This document shows, piece after piece, positions 1-7,778 of a stretch of DNA of 27,758 nt. Source of the stretch: a virus. Lineage: Duplodnaviria; Caudoviricetes. Below the pieces are notes generated by a model. That model ran no database searches. It saw only the letters and a list, made by a program, of their open reading frames with translations, and was not told where the DNA came from. The stretch covers positions 1-27,758 of the IMG/VR virus record IMGVR_UViG_3300005805_006186; one strand, 5' to 3'. Made by a program: the position numbers and the translations under genes. Position 1 is the stretch's first letter. Every line of letters starts with the position of its first letter.

Positions 1-132
1 GTTGGTGAAGTTGGTGTGAAGGTCAAGGCAACCGATAAAGTTAGCGTAAATGCTAAAGTTACTGGTGAGTATGGCAACACTACCGAAATCTTTGATATGG
101 GTGGTGAACTGAAAGTTCGTTACTCCTTCTGA
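1..132 (+). CDS. C-terminal fragment of an outer-membrane beta-barrel/porin-like protein (5' end outside window)
   Basis: Frame 1 is open from base 1: VGEVGVKVKATDKVSVNAKVTGEYGNTTEIFDMGGELKVRYSF*. Alternating hydrophobic/polar beta-strands and a terminal Y-x-F are typical of BAM-inserted barrels. Confidence 0.6.
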   Translation, partial: VGEVGVKVKATDKVSVNAKVTGEYGNTTEIFDMGGELKVRYSF

Positions 133-136
133 TAAA

Positions 137-184
137 CCACTCATAAGTTGAGTGGAACCACCCCTTTCTGGGGTGGTTTTTTTT
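137..184 (+). terminator. Tandem hairpins ending in a rho-independent terminator
   Basis: CCACTCA-taagt-TGAGTGG (137-155), then AACCACCCC-tttct-GGGGTGGTT (156-178) and a T-run. Confidence 0.85.
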
Positions 185-197
185 ATGAATTCAAAAC

Positions 198-242
198 CTT
201 AACCAATCCTTAGTGGACTTTAAGGTTTCCTTCCAGTATTAT
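198..242 (+). promoter_or_regulatory. Pho-box-like repeats and -10 element upstream of pstS
   Basis: CTTAACCA (198-205), CTTAGTGG (209-216) and TTTAAGGT (219-226) at 10-11 bp spacing resemble the cyanobacterial YTTAAYYW Pho box. TATTAT at 237-242. Confidence 0.6.
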
Positions 243-276
243 TACTTACGAAGTCAATTCACTTCTAAAATTTTTT

Positions 277-1236
277 ATGAAACTCAAATACATTGCGGCA
301 CTTGGAGTCGCTCTTTCTCCTGTTGCTTCTTTTGCTGCTCCCGCTATTAATGGTGCTGGTGCTTCTTTCCCAGCACCCATTTATATGCGTTGGTTACAGG
401 ACTATAATAAGGAAACGGGCAACCGTGTAAACTATCAGTCAGTTGGTTCTGGTGCTGGTGTTCGCCAGTTTGTTGCTGGAACCGTAAACTTCGGTGCTTC
501 TGATGAACCTATTAAGGCATCTGAAGCAGCAAAAGTTAAGCGTGGTGTGGTTCAAATTCCTATGGTTGGTGGCACTATCGCAGTTGCCTATAATAAACCA
601 GGATGTAAACTGAAACTCACTCAGAAACAGACTGTTGATGTGTTTGCTGGACGCATTAAGGACTGGAAACAAGTTGGTTGTGCCGCTGGTGAAATCAAAG
701 TTGTTCATCGTTCTGACGGTTCTGGAACCACCTTTGCCTTCCTGAACTCTCTGGATGCCTTTGGTGGTTGGTCTTATGGTGTTGGTAAGTCAATCAAATG
801 GCCTACTGGTATCGGTGCCAAAGGTAATGAAGGTGTATCAGCACAAATCAAACAAACTTCTGGTGCGATTGGTTATGTGAATACTGGATTTATTCGCACA
901 GGCAAACTTCAAGCAGCAGTTCTTCAGAACAAGTCTGGTAAGTTTGTCGGTCCTTCTGCCGCAACTGGTTCTGCCGCACTGAATGGTATCACTCTTGATG
1001 CTAATCTTGCTGGCGAAAACCCCAACCCTGCTGGTGCTAATGCATATCCAATTTCTTCACTGACTTGGATCCTTGCTTATAAGACTGGTAATGGCGCGAA
1101 TGCTCCTGCCGTCCGTGAAGCACTCAAGTATATGTTGAGCACTAAGGCACAAATGATTGCTGATGATTTGGGTTATGTTCCTCTCTCTGGATCTATCCTG
1201 AACAAAGCACGTCTTGCTGTTGATCGTATTCAGTGA
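277..1236 (+). CDS. pstS: Phosphate ABC transporter substrate-binding protein PstS
   Basis: Signal peptide; motifs GAGASFPAPIY, YQSVGSGAG, FGASD, RSDGSGTT, GAKGNEGV, YPISSLTW. Confidence 0.97.
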   Translation: MKLKYIAALGVALSPVASFAAPAINGAGASFPAPIYMRWLQDYNKETGNRVNYQSVGSGAGVRQFVAGTVNFGASDEPIKASEAAKVKRGVVQIPMVGGTIAVAYNKPGCKLKLTQKQTVDVFAGRIKDWKQVGCAAGEIKVVHRSDGSGTTFAFLNSLDAFGGWSYGVGKSIKWPTGIGAKGNEGVSAQIKQTSGAIGYVNTGFIRTGKLQAAVLQNKSGKFVGPSAATGSAALNGITLDANLAGENPNPAGANAYPISSLTWILAYKTGNGANAPAVREALKYMLSTKAQMIADDLGYVPLSGSILNKARLAVDRIQ

Positions 1237-1260
1237 TACTTATATACATAATGTAAATCT

Positions 1261-1294
1261 GGGGGTTGACAAGACCCCTTTTTTATTGTATTAT
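1261..1294 (+). terminator. pstS terminator hairpin fused to a sigma70-type promoter
   Basis: GGGGT-tgacaag-ACCCC followed by a T-run. TTGACA 1266-1271, 17-bp spacer, TATTAT 1289-1294. Confidence 0.85.
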
Positions 1295-1315
1295 TTCTAA
1301 CGAAACGGAGTAGTA

Positions 1316-1480
1316 ATGAATATTAAACTCTGGTATTGTGCTGAAATGGGAATGTGGAGGTGGATCCTTACAGATGATCGCCGCCCGATTTCTAAGCAAG
1401 AGTCTGGACAGCAACCAGATCTTAGGGTAGCAATGAATGATGTTGCCAATACTGTAGAACATATGCTAGAATGTAAATAA
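1316..1480 (+). CDS. Small hypothetical protein (54 aa; not in ORF track)
   Basis: GGAG SD, then MNIKLWYCAEMGMWRWILTDDRRPISKQESGQQPDLRVAMNDVANTVEHMLECK*. Lies directly downstream of a promoter. Confidence 0.75.
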   Translation: MNIKLWYCAEMGMWRWILTDDRRPISKQESGQQPDLRVAMNDVANTVEHMLECK

Positions 1481-1498
1481 CCTGAATAAGGTTTTTTC

Positions 1499-1570
1499 GG
1501 GCGATTAGCGCAGCGGTAGCGCAGCTGCTTTACACGCAGTTGGTCATTGGTTCGAATCCGATATTGCCCA
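1499..1570 (+). tRNA. trnV: tRNA-Val(TAC)
   Basis: Acceptor stem GGGCGAT/ATTGCCC, anticodon arm GCTGC-tt-TAC-ac-GCAGT, GGTTCGAATCC T-arm. CCA not encoded. Confidence 0.95.
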
Positions 1571-1586
1571 TTCTTAAAAATTTAAT

Positions 1587-2177
1587 ATGAAAATCGTCAA
1601 TTATAAAGAACCGTTCTATCATAGTATAATTTATGATTTTTATGATGAAAATGAGCAGAAACTGATATGGCAAGAAATTGATTTTCTTAATCAACCAGGA
1701 AAACTTTTATCTCCAGATAAAACTGGAGATGAGAGTGCTTCATCAAATAAAGTTGGTTTGTTTCTGGATGACATATATCATCATAATGATTTTAGAAAAC
1801 TAAGTAATATTTTAACTTTAAATAGAAAGATATTTTTTATCGTTGACTTATTAGAAGAAAATATTTTTTCAAAATATTTAAAATTATGTAACCATGACAT
1901 AACTTTATTGAGTTACTATGGAAATAAAAGTTATTATAAAAGTCATTATGACAATTTTACACTTTCATCAGTTACTACTTTTTGGAAAACTCCTAAAAAA
2001 TTTCAAGGTGGAGATTTGATATTTACTGAGTATAATTATACTCCAGAATTAAAATATAATAGTACTATTATATTTCCTAGTTGTGAATGGCACTCTGTTT
2101 CTCCTATTCTTTTAGAAGATGATGATGGTATAAGTGGTAGATATAGTATCAATCAATTTTTCACTTTTAAACAGTGA
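1587..2177 (+). CDS. 2OG-Fe(II) oxygenase (prolyl-4-hydroxylase-like)
   Basis: H-x-D (SHYD), FQGGDLIF, IIFPS, distal His (WHSV) and Arg (GRYSI). Confidence 0.88.
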   Translation: MKIVNYKEPFYHSIIYDFYDENEQKLIWQEIDFLNQPGKLLSPDKTGDESASSNKVGLFLDDIYHHNDFRKLSNILTLNRKIFFIVDLLEENIFSKYLKLCNHDITLLSYYGNKSYYKSHYDNFTLSSVTTFWKTPKKFQGGDLIFTEYNYTPELKYNSTIIFPSCEWHSVSPILLEDDDGISGRYSINQFFTFKQ

Positions 2178-2183
2178 TAAATA
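2176..2183 (+). promoter_or_regulatory. Possible T4-like late promoter upstream of dps
   Basis: GATAAATA, matching the cyanophage late consensus NATAAATA, 15 nt before the dps ATG. Short motif in AT-rich DNA. Confidence 0.45.
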
Positions 2184-2198
2184 TTTTTAAAAAGTGTT

Positions 2199-2738
2199 AT
2201 GGAAAAACTATTTAAACAACTTAGTGATATTCAAGCAACTTTGTTTGTCTTGTTCCATAAAACTTGGATTTACCACTGGAATGTGGTTGGATCTGATTTC
2301 TATCAACTTCATGAACTTTTTGGAAAACAGTATGAAACTCTGTTTGAGGAAATTGATCGTCTCACAGAACATATGAGATTTTTGGGAATGAAACCAGTTA
2401 GCACTTTAACTAGAATTACAGAAGTAACTCATATTAATCAAGCATCAAATAGTGCTGAAGGTATTAATGCTAAAACAATGGTGAAGCAACTGTTGGGAGA
2501 TAATCAGGTCATCAGTGAAATGTTGATTGATGCTTCTAATTCTGCTGAAAGAGTTGAAAGTCTTGCCACAGCAAATATTCTTCAGGATATTTTAGAGACT
2601 CACGGCAAATTTGTTTGGATGTTGAGATCTATATCAGAAACCTCTAAGACATCATCAGTTGAAGATATTGCAGTAGAAGCAGAAGTTGAGCAACAACCAG
2701 AAGTAAAAGTTTCGGAACAAGTTGAAGTAGAAGAATAA
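2199..2738 (+). CDS. dps: Dps (mini-ferritin, DNA protection during starvation) with acidic C-terminal tail
   Basis: HWNVVGSDFYQLHELF...EIDRLTEH ferroxidase motif; H.K..WMLRS end of the four-helix bundle. Confidence 0.93.
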   Translation: MEKLFKQLSDIQATLFVLFHKTWIYHWNVVGSDFYQLHELFGKQYETLFEEIDRLTEHMRFLGMKPVSTLTRITEVTHINQASNSAEGINAKTMVKQLLGDNQVISEMLIDASNSAERVESLATANILQDILETHGKFVWMLRSISETSKTSSVEDIAVEAEVEQQPEVKVSEQVEVEE

Positions 2739-2767
2739 ATCCTGTTAAAATTATTTGAAAAATAACA

Positions 2768-3019
2768 ATGATTACAGTTAGATGTAAAGAGTGTGGTGTT
2801 GAGCTTTCAAGTCACCCATCAAAAACAAAGTGCTGCGGTTGTCCAAATATGACAACTGTTAGGGGAGAAACCATTACAGCTATCGATCTTTCAAAGGTTA
2901 TTATGGTTTCTAATGATAATCAATCTAAAAAATCAACAATCTTTTCTAATGAAGATCTGGCATATCAGAATGCTCGTAGGAATAGAAAAGTTCGTAAGTT
3001 GGATTTTGAAATTAGATAG
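2768..3019 (+). CDS. Small Cys-rich putative Zn-binding protein
   Basis: CKEC...CCGCPN; basic C-terminus. Confidence 0.75.
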   Translation: MITVRCKECGVELSSHPSKTKCCGCPNMTTVRGETITAIDLSKVIMVSNDNQSKKSTIFSNEDLAYQNARRNRKVRKLDFEIR

Positions 3020-3620
3020 GTCTTAAAATACAGTTTTCATCATATCGAGCATATTGAAATCCATCATCTTGTAATTGCCCAAATCCAAATTTGCTGGCAA
3101 CAAGTGATCTTTGTCTTTGTCCAATCATTAAAGAATATTCATTAAATCCTTCGTTAATTTTTGGACCATAAGGCTTTGCGACTAAAATATCTCCAGGTCT
3201 TGGTGAAAGTTTTACCATACCTTTTTCTAGATTTTCATAGGTATATTTCATAAAGTGGTAAAATATTTTTTTTCTATCTTCCAGTGAAAATTCATTTGGT
3301 TGCTTTGTGTATTTGACTTCGTAACCAACTTCAGCAACCCTGGTTTTTTCGTCAAAATGTATTCTTTCGGCAAGTGATTTAATTCTTTGTTCTAGATCTG
3401 GTGAATTATATTGATCTTCAAATTCCAAATATAGGTAACTCTTTTTTGTTTGATACAGTATAATAAAGGTATAAATTGCCATTGCTCCATCGGAGCATTT
3501 AAAATTTACTTGTTGATATCTCTTTTCTTCCTTTGGATATACTGGTAATCTATCTTTATACCCAAGTTTTTTAAGGAGTCTTTCAAAGGTAATTCTTTTT
3601 TCTGATGGGATTATATTCAC
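3012..3620 (-). CDS. Hypothetical protein (202 aa); the only convincing minus-strand gene
   Basis: Long ORF with no competing + strand ORF; GTG start; divergent from tRNA-Ser. Confidence 0.75.
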   Translation of the reverse strand: MNIIPSEKRITFERLLKKLGYKDRLPVYPKEEKRYQQVNFKCSDGAMAIYTFIILYQTKKSYLYLEFEDQYNSPDLEQRIKSLAERIHFDEKTRVAEVGYEVKYTKQPNEFSLEDRKKIFYHFMKYTYENLEKGMVKLSPRPGDILVAKPYGPKINEGFNEYSLMIGQRQRSLVASKFGFGQLQDDGFQYARYDENCILRPI

Positions 3621-3651
3621 TTGACAAAATCGAATACATATACTATATTAT
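3621..3651 (+). promoter_or_regulatory. sigma70-type promoter of tRNA-Ser (possibly bidirectional)
   Basis: TTGACA 3621-3626, 17 bp, TATATT 3644-3649. A TATAAT is also present on the minus strand facing the divergent ORF. Confidence 0.7.
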
Positions 3652-3660
3652 AACATATAA

Positions 3661-3747
3661 GGAAGGTCAATCCGATTGGCGACGGAACCTGTCTTGAAAA
3701 CAGTTGAGGTGTTAAAGCCCTTGGGAGTTCGACTCTCCCACCTTCCG
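3661..3747 (+). tRNA. trnS: tRNA-Ser(TGA)
   Basis: Acceptor GGAAGGT/ACCTTCC with G discriminator, anticodon arm CTGT-ct-TGA-aa-ACAG, long variable arm, GGGAG-TTCGACT-CTCCC T-arm. Confidence 0.92.
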
Positions 3748-3764
3748 TTACAGATAGTAAAAAA

Positions 3765-3840
3765 TTTAATAATCTCTTAAACACTTTCTTGAAATCAACA
3801 CATAGTTGACATTCTTTAGATGCTCACTAGCATAACTAGT
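3765..3840 (+). promoter_or_regulatory. Putative promoter of the talC-zwf-gnd-ptox operon
   Basis: TTGACA 3806-3811 with TAGCAT 3828-3833 (16 bp). Flanked by short inverted repeats and YTTAA-like direct repeats at 3765 and 3776. Confidence 0.5.
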
Positions 3841-3861
3841 AGTATCATAAGGAAAGAACCT

Positions 3862-4011
3862 ATGGATCAGCACACCTATGATAATTGGGTGAAGATCAAG
3901 GAGACCTTCGAACAGTCTGGCAATACAGATAATATGTTTTACAAAAGAGCAGTGGCAATTGTAAAAACAAGAAAAGATCCACTGGCAAAGTTTCTTGGAG
4001 ATGAGAAGTGA
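3862..4011 (+). CDS. Small hypothetical protein (49 aa; start revised to ATG 3862)
   Basis: AAGGAAAG SD before MDQHTYDNWVKIKETFEQSGNTDNMFYKRAVAIV... Resembles a small protein type seen in cyanophages and picocyanobacteria (recalled). Confidence 0.8.
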   Translation: MDQHTYDNWVKIKETFEQSGNTDNMFYKRAVAIVKTRKDPLAKFLGDEK

Positions 4012-4211
4012 TGGAACCTCAAGATGAGTTAGTAAGTCGTGCTGAAGTTCAGGAGATGATCGATGCAGCTATCAGAAAACACAACCGTAATGCTTCTATC
4101 ATTAGTATGTGCGTCGGTTGGGTGGTTCTTGCTTTATTTGCTGAGGGACTTTTAAGACTTATTGGAGTAATTCCTCCTGTACTACCATGGCTCAACATTA
4201 CCCTGAAATAA
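4008..4211 (+). CDS. Small membrane protein (67 aa)
   Basis: GTGA overlap with the previous gene; hydrophobic segment ASIISMCVGWVVLALFAEGLLRLIGVIPP. Confidence 0.8.
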   Translation: MMEPQDELVSRAEVQEMIDAAIRKHNRNASIISMCVGWVVLALFAEGLLRLIGVIPPVLPWLNITLK

Positions 4212-4366
4212 TAGGAATTGTTTTCCTGCTAGTATTTGCTGCTACGATGTTTTATCAAGGCACTTGTATTATGAGGGGTCAACGTGGTTATTCTCTTCGT
4301 GATTATTTAAAACAAGACAGTACAAATATGCGTAAAAGGGTAGAAGAACTACTCAAAGATAAATGA
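4187..4366 (+). CDS. Small single-TM protein (59 aa; not in ORF track)
   Basis: MAQHYPEIIGIVFLLVFAATMFYQGTCIMRGQRGYSLRDYLKQDSTNMRKRVEELLKDK*. Fills the gap and has an ATGA overlap with the next ORF. Confidence 0.7.
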   Translation: MAQHYPEIIGIVFLLVFAATMFYQGTCIMRGQRGYSLRDYLKQDSTNMRKRVEELLKDK

Positions 4367-4470
4367 TAACCGACCAAGATTTGCAACAACTACAAGAAAT
4401 GGTTTTACGTCAAAAAATGGATGAATTATTTGAAGAACCATCTACTTATGAGGACGAAGAAGATGACTAA
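4363..4470 (+). CDS. Small acidic protein (35 aa; not in ORF track)
   Basis: MITDQDLQQLQEMVLRQKMDELFEEPSTYEDEEDD*. Overlaps both neighbours. Confidence 0.65.
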   Translation: MITDQDLQQLQEMVLRQKMDELFEEPSTYEDEEDD

Positions 4471-4549
4471 AACATTTATATCATCAATTTTACTTTTTAG
4501 TTCAATCGGATCTTTTATTTACTGGGGATTACATAACGCATATCCATAA
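4463..4549 (+). CDS. ndhQ: 28-aa single-TM microprotein similar to NDH-1L subunit NdhQ
   Basis: MTKTFISSILLFSSIGSFIYWGLHNAYP* aligns without gaps to the TM/C-terminal part of T. elongatus NdhQ as recalled (ISAVLILGFIAGLIWWALHTAYA). GAGGA SD upstream. Confidence 0.6.
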   Translation: MTKTFISSILLFSSIGSFIYWGLHNAYP

Positions 4550-4561
4550 GGGGAGAGACAA

Positions 4562-5224
4562 ATGAAGATTTTTTTAGACACAGCCGATGTTTCTTTTATT
4601 CAACCAGCCTATGAGACGGGGTTAATTGATGGAGTCACTACAAACCCATCACTCATTCTCAAAAGCGGTAGACAACTTCTAGAAGTTATTCAAGAACTTT
4701 CTAAGTTTGAGAACTTACAAAGTATCTCTGCAGAAGTTGTTGCAGAAACCGCAGAAGAAATGCTTTCAGAAGCAAAGAAGTTTTATTCTATTACACCTGC
4801 AGTTACTATCAAGGTTCCTTGCACGGTAGAAGGACTTAAGGCTTGTAAGTTCCTTTCAGATAATGGAATTCAAACCAATGTAACTTTGGTGTTCTCGGTT
4901 GCACAAGCAATTCTTGCATCCAAAGCAGGTGCAACATTCATCTCTCCTTTTGTTGGAAGATGGATGGATAACTCAATTGATGGTGTTGAGATCGTCAAAA
5001 ACATTCGTAAAGCATTTGACTACTCTGGAACATCCACTCAGATTCTTGCGGCATCTATTCGTGATGTGAGACAAGTAGAACAATCCGCACTCAATGGTGC
5101 AGATGTTGTTACCATCCCACCAGTTGTTTTCTGGGGAATGTATAAGAATATTCTGACCGATAAGGGTCTGGATTTATTTCAGAAGGACTGGGAAGAAGTA
5201 TTGAATTCTGTTAAAGACAAGTGA
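4562..5224 (+). CDS. talC: Transaldolase TalC (MipB/FSA-type short form)
   Basis: FLDTAD, GVTTNPS, IKVP Schiff-base Lys, NVTLVFS, ISPFVGR, ILAASIR. Confidence 0.97.
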   Translation: MKIFLDTADVSFIQPAYETGLIDGVTTNPSLILKSGRQLLEVIQELSKFENLQSISAEVVAETAEEMLSEAKKFYSITPAVTIKVPCTVEGLKACKFLSDNGIQTNVTLVFSVAQAILASKAGATFISPFVGRWMDNSIDGVEIVKNIRKAFDYSGTSTQILAASIRDVRQVEQSALNGADVVTIPPVVFWGMYKNILTDKGLDLFQKDWEEVLNSVKDK

Positions 5225-6552
5225 AAAACATCGTAATCTTTGGTGCGACAGGAGATCTGTGCCGCAGAAAACTCATACCAGCACTCTATACTCTTCATAA
5301 GAAAACTCTTTTACCAAAGGACTTGAAGATTATCGGTGCGTCCAGGACTCAACACTCTAAGGAGAGTTGGGTAGAAGTTCTTGGTAGTTATTCCCAAGAA
5401 TTTATCAAACGACTTGAATATGTTCCTTGTGATTTGAGTGATTCTGAATCTCTTAAATTACTGGAATCTTATGAAGATACAACTTATTTTCTTTCTGTTC
5501 CACCAGAAAGATATGCTGATGCAATTACAAACCTCAAAGAAGCAGGTAAGTTAGATGATGCAGAAAAATCAAGAGTCATTATTGAGAAGCCTTTTGGCAC
5601 CGATCTTCAATCTGCTAATCATTTACAATCTGTGGTGGCTGGATATTTACGCGAGAAACAAGTATATCGCATTGACCATTATCTTGGTAAAGATACTGTT
5701 AATAACATCCTTGCCACCCGCTTTAGTAATATACTTCTGGAGCCACTCTGGAACAGAAACTTCATAGAAGAGATTCAGATTTTTGCTACCGAAACCATCG
5801 GTTGTGAAGGTCGTGCCCAGTATTATGACACCGCTGGTGCCGTGAGAGATATGCTTCAGAACCATATGCTTCAGGTGCTTGCACTGATTGCTATGGAACC
5901 ACCTTGCAAAAATGATGCTAAGGAGATTCGTAGAGAAAAAGTCAAAGTTCTTGCTGCGACAAGACTCGGTGATAATGTAGTTCTTGGACAATATGATGGA
6001 TATAAGAATGAAGATGGTGTAAATCCAGATTCACAAACACCAACTTTTGTTGCTGGTGAATTGTATGTTGATAACTGGAGATGGAAGGGTGTCCCATTTC
6101 ACTTTATGACTGGTAAGAAAATGCCAGTTGGTTGTGTAGAGGTTGTGATTAAATTTAAAGCACCACCACAACAACTTTTTGATGGTCACGATTGTAATGA
6201 CCGAATTGTAATGAGACTGCAACCAGATCCACATTTGGATATGCGTATTGATATTAAGTCTCCTGGACTTAATGATATGGTGGAACCAGCAATTCTTCAG
6301 TATCATTATCCAGTAGAGAAAGCGATTGATGGTTATGTGAAACTCTTTTATGATGCCATCAATGAAGATCAGTCACACTTTGTCCATGCAGATGAAGTGT
6401 TGGAGTCTTGGAGAATTGTTGATGATCTCCTTTGCACTGGGGATCAATGCCGCATTATGACCCTTCCGTATCGTTATGATGAAGGGGTTTGGGGACCACT
6501 AACTAAGACAGAACTGATTACAAAGTGGGATTACCCACTCAAACTTAAGTAG
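5221..6552 (+). CDS. zwf: Glucose-6-phosphate 1-dehydrogenase
   Basis: GATGDL, EKPFG, YRIDHYLGK, RDMLQNH, RWKGVPF. Confidence 0.98.
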   Translation: MKNIVIFGATGDLCRRKLIPALYTLHKKTLLPKDLKIIGASRTQHSKESWVEVLGSYSQEFIKRLEYVPCDLSDSESLKLLESYEDTTYFLSVPPERYADAITNLKEAGKLDDAEKSRVIIEKPFGTDLQSANHLQSVVAGYLREKQVYRIDHYLGKDTVNNILATRFSNILLEPLWNRNFIEEIQIFATETIGCEGRAQYYDTAGAVRDMLQNHMLQVLALIAMEPPCKNDAKEIRREKVKVLAATRLGDNVVLGQYDGYKNEDGVNPDSQTPTFVAGELYVDNWRWKGVPFHFMTGKKMPVGCVEVVIKFKAPPQQLFDGHDCNDRIVMRLQPDPHLDMRIDIKSPGLNDMVEPAILQYHYPVEKAIDGYVKLFYDAINEDQSHFVHADEVLESWRIVDDLLCTGDQCRIMTLPYRYDEGVWGPLTKTELITKWDYPLKLK

Positions 6553-6561
6553 GAGAAAGGT

Positions 6562-7599
6562 ATGAAAGTAGGACTTATCGGACTCGGAAGAATGGGCGAA
6601 GGGATGTCTCGCCGTATGAGAAAAAGGGGGGACATTGAAGTCTGGGGTTATCGGAGGAATTATGCAAAAGCACAGGAAGCATATGAAAAGGGATATGTGG
6701 ATGGAGTTGCAACTACTATTGAAAATCTTGTTAAAGTAGTTAAACAAAAGAAAAATGGTGGAACTGGTCCTGGTATTTTCCAGATGGTTGTACCTGCTGA
6801 AACCGTAGAGGAGACGATCAATGAGTTATTACGATATTGTGGTGAAGGAGATATTATTATTGATCATGGCAATAGCAATTTTAAAGACAGTCGGAAAAGG
6901 GCAGAGCGGTTGGCAAAACTTGGTATCCAATATATTGATTGCGGTACTAGCGGTGGCGTTTATGGTATGGATCGTGGATACTGTCTTATGGTTGGTGGCG
7001 GAGATACTGCGGTCGCCACTTGTTCGCGCATTTTTGATGCCCTCTCCCCAGGAATTGACGCTGCCCCCAGGACTCAATTTGACTCAGAGTTAACATCCGC
7101 AGAGTTTGGTTGGTTACATTGTGGTGGACCAGGAGCTGGTCACTTTGTAAAGATGGTTCACAATGGAATTGAGTATGGTATAATGCAGGCATATGCCGAA
7201 GGTTTTAACATTCTCCACGAAGCAAACGCTGGTGCCAAGTATGTCAAAGAAGGAGATGCTGAGGTTGCTCCAATGGCAGACCCAGAAAGTTATTGCTATG
7301 ATATTGACGTTGCTGAGGTGGCTGAGTTATGGCGTCGCGGTAGCGTTGTTGGGTCTTGGTTATTGGATCTTACTGCTGATGTGTTACGCGGGGATAGTGA
7401 GCTTAAACGCTTCTCTGGTGGGGTATCCGATAGTGGTGAGGGTCGTTGGACTGTTTCTGCCGCTGTGGATTTGGGTGTACCCGCTCCTGTTATTACTACT
7501 GCCCTTTATGAAAGATTTAATTCACGCGGTCTTGGTGCTTTCGCGTCCAAGGTGTTAAATGGTATGAGATTTATGTTTGGTGGACATCACGTTAGATAA
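6562..7599 (+). CDS. gnd: 6-phosphogluconate dehydrogenase (decarboxylating, short form)
   Basis: GLGRMG, IDHGNS, GTSGG, GAGHFVKMVHNGIEYG, DSGEGRW, MRFMFGGH. Confidence 0.98.
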   Translation: MKVGLIGLGRMGEGMSRRMRKRGDIEVWGYRRNYAKAQEAYEKGYVDGVATTIENLVKVVKQKKNGGTGPGIFQMVVPAETVEETINELLRYCGEGDIIIDHGNSNFKDSRKRAERLAKLGIQYIDCGTSGGVYGMDRGYCLMVGGGDTAVATCSRIFDALSPGIDAAPRTQFDSELTSAEFGWLHCGGPGAGHFVKMVHNGIEYGIMQAYAEGFNILHEANAGAKYVKEGDAEVAPMADPESYCYDIDVAEVAELWRRGSVVGSWLLDLTADVLRGDSELKRFSGGVSDSGEGRWTVSAAVDLGVPAPVITTALYERFNSRGLGAFASKVLNGMRFMFGGHHVR

Positions 7600-7610
7600 G
7601 GAGATTGACA

Positions 7611-7778
7611 ATGGAACGATTTAGAGGTTTTTCAGATTATGAACTGAAACTATTGGCAGATGCAGTATGGGTAAGACAAAGGCACCATATTGCTGGAGAT
7701 CGGAAGTTTAAAGATTATGGAGCAATTCTTGATGAGTTACAAAGACTAGTGGATTATCAACCAGGGGTATTCCTATGA
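7611..7778 (+). CDS. Small hypothetical protein (55 aa; not in ORF track)
   Basis: AGGAG SD; MERFRGFSDYELKLLADAVWVRQRHHIAGDRKFKDYGAILDELQRLVDYQPGVFL*; ATGA overlap with ptox. Confidence 0.75.
   Translation: MERFRGFSDYELKLLADAVWVRQRHHIAGDRKFKDYGAILDELQRLVDYQPGVFL

Noticed and set aside
3661-3747. Selenocysteine or opal-suppressor tRNA
   Set aside because: Anticodon TGA reads UCA (Ser); a Sec or suppressor tRNA would need TCA. No interrupted ORFs suggest stop-codon recoding.
4463-4549. PetN (cytochrome b6f) assignment for the 28-aa peptide
   Set aside because: Similar size and a WG dipeptide, but it lacks the VWGR[NS]G end. The W-x-LH-x-AY ending fits NdhQ better.
3862-4549. cp12 gene expected near talC
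   Set aside because: None of the small ORFs has the AWDxVEEL core or the C-terminal Cys pair of CP12.
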